A stretch of 64,000 nucleotides of DNA from Eledone cirrhosa (Eukaryota). Below are positions 59,875 to 64,000 of this stretch, one piece after another. Position 1 is the stretch's first letter. Every line of letters begins with the position of its first letter. The DNA lies in assembly GCA_964016885.1 (NCBI GenBank), contig OZ024753.1, forward strand, positions 39,370,001-39,434,000, given 5' to 3'. Under the pieces are notes generated by a model. The model made no database searches, was not told the origin of the DNA, and saw only the letters and a list, made by a program, of their open reading frames with translations. A program made the position numbers and the translations under genes.

Positions 59875-60365
59875 GTATGGGTCTCCGTCAGTTTCGACGA
59901 TGAGTCGTCCAGTTACTCGATGAACGGAACAGCCTGCTCATGAAATTAAATTAACACTTTCCACTCGATGGGTCTCTGTCGGTTTCGACGATGAGTCTTC
60001 CAGTTGCTCCATTAATCGAAAACCCTTCTCTTCAAATTAACGATTTTCATTCGATGGGTCTCTGTCGGTTTCGACGATGACTCTTTCAGTTACTCGATGA
60101 ACAGAACAGCCTGCTCATGAAATTAACACTTTCTATTCGATGGGTCTCTGTCGGTTTCGACGATGAGTCTTCCAGTTGCTCCATTAATCAAAAAGCCTTC
60201 TCTTCAAATTAACGATTTTCATGCGATGAGTGTTCTAGTTGCTTGATTAATAGAACAGCCTCCCCATAGAAATTACCGTGTAAGTGACTGAACGCGCAAT
60301 TCTCGGGGAGATTCACCATGACACAGTATGTGACATGGCTGGCCGTTGTCAATTACAGGTATAGT
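59875..60365 (-). mobile_element. SINE 3' region with tandemly amplified segments
   Basis: Repeated GATGGGTCTCTGTCGGTTTCGACGATGAGTC units, then a body matching 1650-1745 inverted. Confidence 0.6.
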
Positions 60366-61125
60366 CCATCCGACGAACCAATAGACAGGTTCCGTCAACT
60401 CAATGTCATTTACAAGTCACAGGTAGATCCGAGGCAATAGTGAATGACACATACTCAAGATGCCACCCCACGCAGTGGGATCACACGCTAGACCTGATGA
60501 TAGCGAAGAACACTTCATAACTATTCGGCCATGTTGCATGTACACACATAGATATATACAGGGTAGTTCAAAACTTTGATATCATTTGAGATTTATTCTT
60601 TATTCCAGCTCTTTATATTCTGTGTTAAAATCCCAACCGGATTAACTTTACTCGCCATCCTTCTCTGGTCAATAAAAAAGGTTACCAGTGAAGTATCCGA
60701 GTCAGTAAAAATGACTTTACCCTCTTCCAAAATTGCTGGCCTTGTGCCTAAATTAGAAGCCCTTATCTAAATAGATTATGAATTATGTGGAAATCTATAT
60801 TATTTTCATCAGTTTATGATATATATATGTATATATATATATATATAAAAGATTGTTTTATATCAATAATAAATAAAGTTACTACTTGAGCGTCAATTAA
60901 TAATTTTATTTTTGAATTGACACAAGTCCAATTTTTGCATGAGAAAAATGTGTAAAGACGATTAATTCAACACAAAATTTATTTTATCGATAGAGGAGTG
61001 AGGAATAAGGCTGTGAAGAATAGGACATAAAATAATGTCATTTTCTGGCCTTGTACCAACCAAAAAATGAACTAATTAAGCATTTCGGTGTTTTGTCCGG
61101 AGTTCAACCAATCATTGTTATATGG

Positions 61126-61342
61126 GTTTCTGATTTAGACACAAGGCCACAATTTTAAGGGCACGGGAAGTGGAATAAATCGACCCTATATTCTACTGGT
61201 ACTTTATTTTTATCGAGCTTTTAACGATAACAAGCAAAGTTACCCACGACATGATTTGAGCTCAAAAATTTACGAGCTATAATTAAATGCGAGACAGCAT
61301 TGTCTCCGACGTTCTAACGATTTCACTAAATCCACTACCACG
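61126..61342 (-). mobile_element. Old octopus-type SINE copy
   Basis: Degenerate CACAAGGCC..ACTGGTACTTTATTTTTATCGA..ATTTGAGCTC. Confidence 0.65.
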
Positions 61343-62718
61343 CTTTGGGTCTAAATGTAAAAATATATATACATTATTACGTATTGTTTCTATCACAATA
61401 CTGGATTCAAATCTTGGTTGGTTTGATTTTTTTTTTTTCCTCCGTGAGGCGTCATAAATCTCCTCTGGTCCTGATTAGTGGTCAATGAAATCATTCTACT
61501 ACCAATAGACGGCTTTGTGCCAAGTGAAGGATCAATTTAATATTTCTAGTATAATATATTGTTCAAACATCTAAATTGAACAGATAATTTCTATCTATTA
61601 CATCTAAACATATCAGAAAGCTTTATTTCAAATTTAATATATTATCGGCTGCTTTATATGCCAACTTCTGATTAACAATTTCACATCTGGACTATGATAT
61701 TGTTTGTGGGTTTAGACAGAAAAATACAATGATAACAATGATAATAACAACAACAACAATAATAATAACAATGATAACGATAATAATTTCATTAGTGGTG
61801 GGTGAGGAATTGGTCAGTATGTTTGCAAAGTAACTAAACAAAATAATAGTTAGACAAATCTTAAAATAAATATGAAATATGAGTTTTGCCTTCATTCAAT
61901 CATAACGGTTCTCCTTTATTCGAGTTTCTCTATAATGGAAGCGGTGTAAGCCTTGCTATAGCTGGGTGTTTGTTTAAGGAATAAGGAATAAAATGAGGAG
62001 CTGTGGAATAAATAGATCAGCGCCATTACTAAGCAAGCCATTGGGGATATGGTTCAGCATGTTCCGACGTGCTTACGCATATATATCACACAATATGTCT
62101 GCTTACGTCCATTTTTCTTGCTTTTCGACTCCGTTTCTCTGCTTTATGTTAGCCAATAGGCGTATCTGATTTAGTGTTCCATGAAAGGTTCTCAAGCAAT
62201 CTGCAGATATTGCAGCGGTCAAAATCAAGAGAAACATATTATTTATTTAAACATTTTATCTTTAGTTGTTTTTGTTTTAGTTTGTTCTTTTTAGGGGGGT
62301 TTTTGTTTGTATATATATATATATTGTCTATTTATATATTTATTTCCTTTTTTTTTGTTTTACTTTCATTATTAACTTATTGATCCGGAATTTCTTTCCT
62401 AGTTGAATAGTCGAATAGGTTTTGACGGCGAATAAACACAAAATATTGTTTATGGTACACATGAAAACACGTGTAAACGTTTACCACACTCTAATATTAC
62501 ATGCATCATTGGGACTTGCATCGGCATCACTGATTTGGCAATATCTTGAAAAGTTGTTAAAGAAATGAAAGGAATGCACTGTTGTAAACAGGAACAAATG
62601 TTTGTTAAAATAGTCATCTAAATCTCAACATCACAGAAAATCATTTTTATACTAGCTTTTCTTTCTTTGTTTTTGCATTGTTTTTATTTAACCATTTTAT
62701 ATATATATATATATATAT

Positions 62719-62839
<121 letters not shown>

Positions 62840-63215
62840 AAATGGCCAAATAAAAACAATGTAAAAACATATATATATATATATATATATATATGTTTTT
62901 ACTTCTTTTGATATTTGTTTCTTTCTGTATATATTAATTTCTTTCCTACATAGACATAGACAGATTAGATTTACAAGACTTGCCTGAAATTGTTTGACAT
63001 TCATTGTTTCCTTCCCAGGGGTTTTACTTTCGAAGTAAGATATCATGTTAATGGCTCCAATGAAAAATCAAAACTGAACTTTCGATCTGTCGATTTCATT
63101 GGTAAAAAAGTAGTAATGGTAATAAAATTAAAGAAAATTATATAAACTTAAATAGAAACCGTATCGCGAAATAGTTGTGTATGTTCTTGTTTAACAACAG
63201 AATACACAATGATGA

Positions 63216-63350
63216 GTGGCATAGTCATTAGGGAGATCAGCTCTTAATCGTAAGGTCGTTATTTCGATTCCAGGTGGAGGGCTGTGTCTTTGAGCATGAT
63301 ACTTTATTTTACATTACTCCAGTCCACACAAATGTATAAAATGAGATGTG
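63216..63350 (+). mobile_element. Old tRNA-derived SINE head
   Basis: TTCGATTCC followed by GCTGTGTCTTTGAGCATGATACTTTA. Confidence 0.55.
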
Positions 63351-63754
63351 GGAAGGAGAAAGGAGGAGGGGGGTAGAAACGATCAACCCCAGTTCTAGAT
63401 CGGAATTTAATTTATCGACCACTAAAGGGTGAAACGCAAAGTTGACCTCGATATGCAGAAATATTCAGGGCAGAAATAGTCAGGGCAGATATAACGAATC
63501 ATTCTATATGATGTCCTAACAAACCTGCTAATTCGCTACCTTGTGCCCCTAAACACAAATCTTTAAACTAAGATCAATGGGGAGAATCAGTAGTCGCTTT
63601 TTTTTGTTGCTTTTACTCCGTACACACTCATGTAATATTCCTATATTATTGTTTTTCAAAAATTGGAAAGAAAGGAACAAATAACAAATAAAAAGAAACG
63701 GAGGAGGAATTTGGAGAGAAAAACTATACACTTTTGGTTGAATGGTATATCTTA

Positions 63755-63880
63755 CTTGCGCCATATGGACAATATGGTGGATGTATTTCCGTGGAGAACA
63801 GCCAGCGATAACGACTGGATCAGCCATTCCACCTACCGGCGTTATTGACACAAGAAAACGTGAAGCAACAATAAAAAAAA
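63755..63880 (-). pseudogene. Possible decayed C-terminus of a CRE-type RLE retrotransposon ORF
   Basis: RR*VEWLIQSLSLAVLHGNTSTILSIWR resembles the QRLSxAxxRGNAxxIL motif of CRE-clade elements, with in-frame stops upstream. A small host exon (ag|GTGGAA..CAA|gtaaga) is an alternative reading. Confidence 0.35.
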
Positions 63881-64000
63881 ACTGCAATAACTTCATAATA
63901 TCAAATTATAGATGAATGAATATATGAACATTTGACATGTATAATATTTTCTGAATATCGTTTTATTTCAGTTATATTTTGGTGTGTTTTAAAGTTGTTT

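Noticed and set aside
60492-60512. CTGATGA..GAAGAAC
   Set aside because: No GAAA or stems; it lies within an inverted SINE head (60370-60535).

Overview
Very AT-rich, microsatellite-saturated non-coding eukaryotic DNA. The tRNA-derived SINE families point to an octopus or other coleoid cephalopod genome (inference). No host protein-coding gene can be supported: almost all listed ORFs are translations of simple repeats. The main hidden signal is about 20 complete or near-complete type I hammerhead ribozyme (HHR) motifs (stem I - CUGANGA - stem II - GAAA - mostly palindromic stem III - NUH - stem I') plus several half-motifs. They belong to more than 10 unrelated short sequence families, nearly all inserted in (TA)n tracts and often duplicated as fold-back palindromes centred on ribozyme stems. 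This fits Penelope-like element (PLE) pseudo-LTRs and non-LTR retrozymes. Highlights: a ~311-bp tandem retrozyme-like array (6957-7715), head-to-head double hammerheads (16768-16878, 50271-50377), and a ~430-nt rod-like fold-back with an internal tRNA-like Pol III promoter upstream of an HHR (46597-47164). Also present: (GATA)n-targeted L1/Tx1-type 3' ends, SINEs, piggyBac and mariner MITEs, minisatellites and two promoter-like motif clusters. All structures were paired by eye; none was computed.
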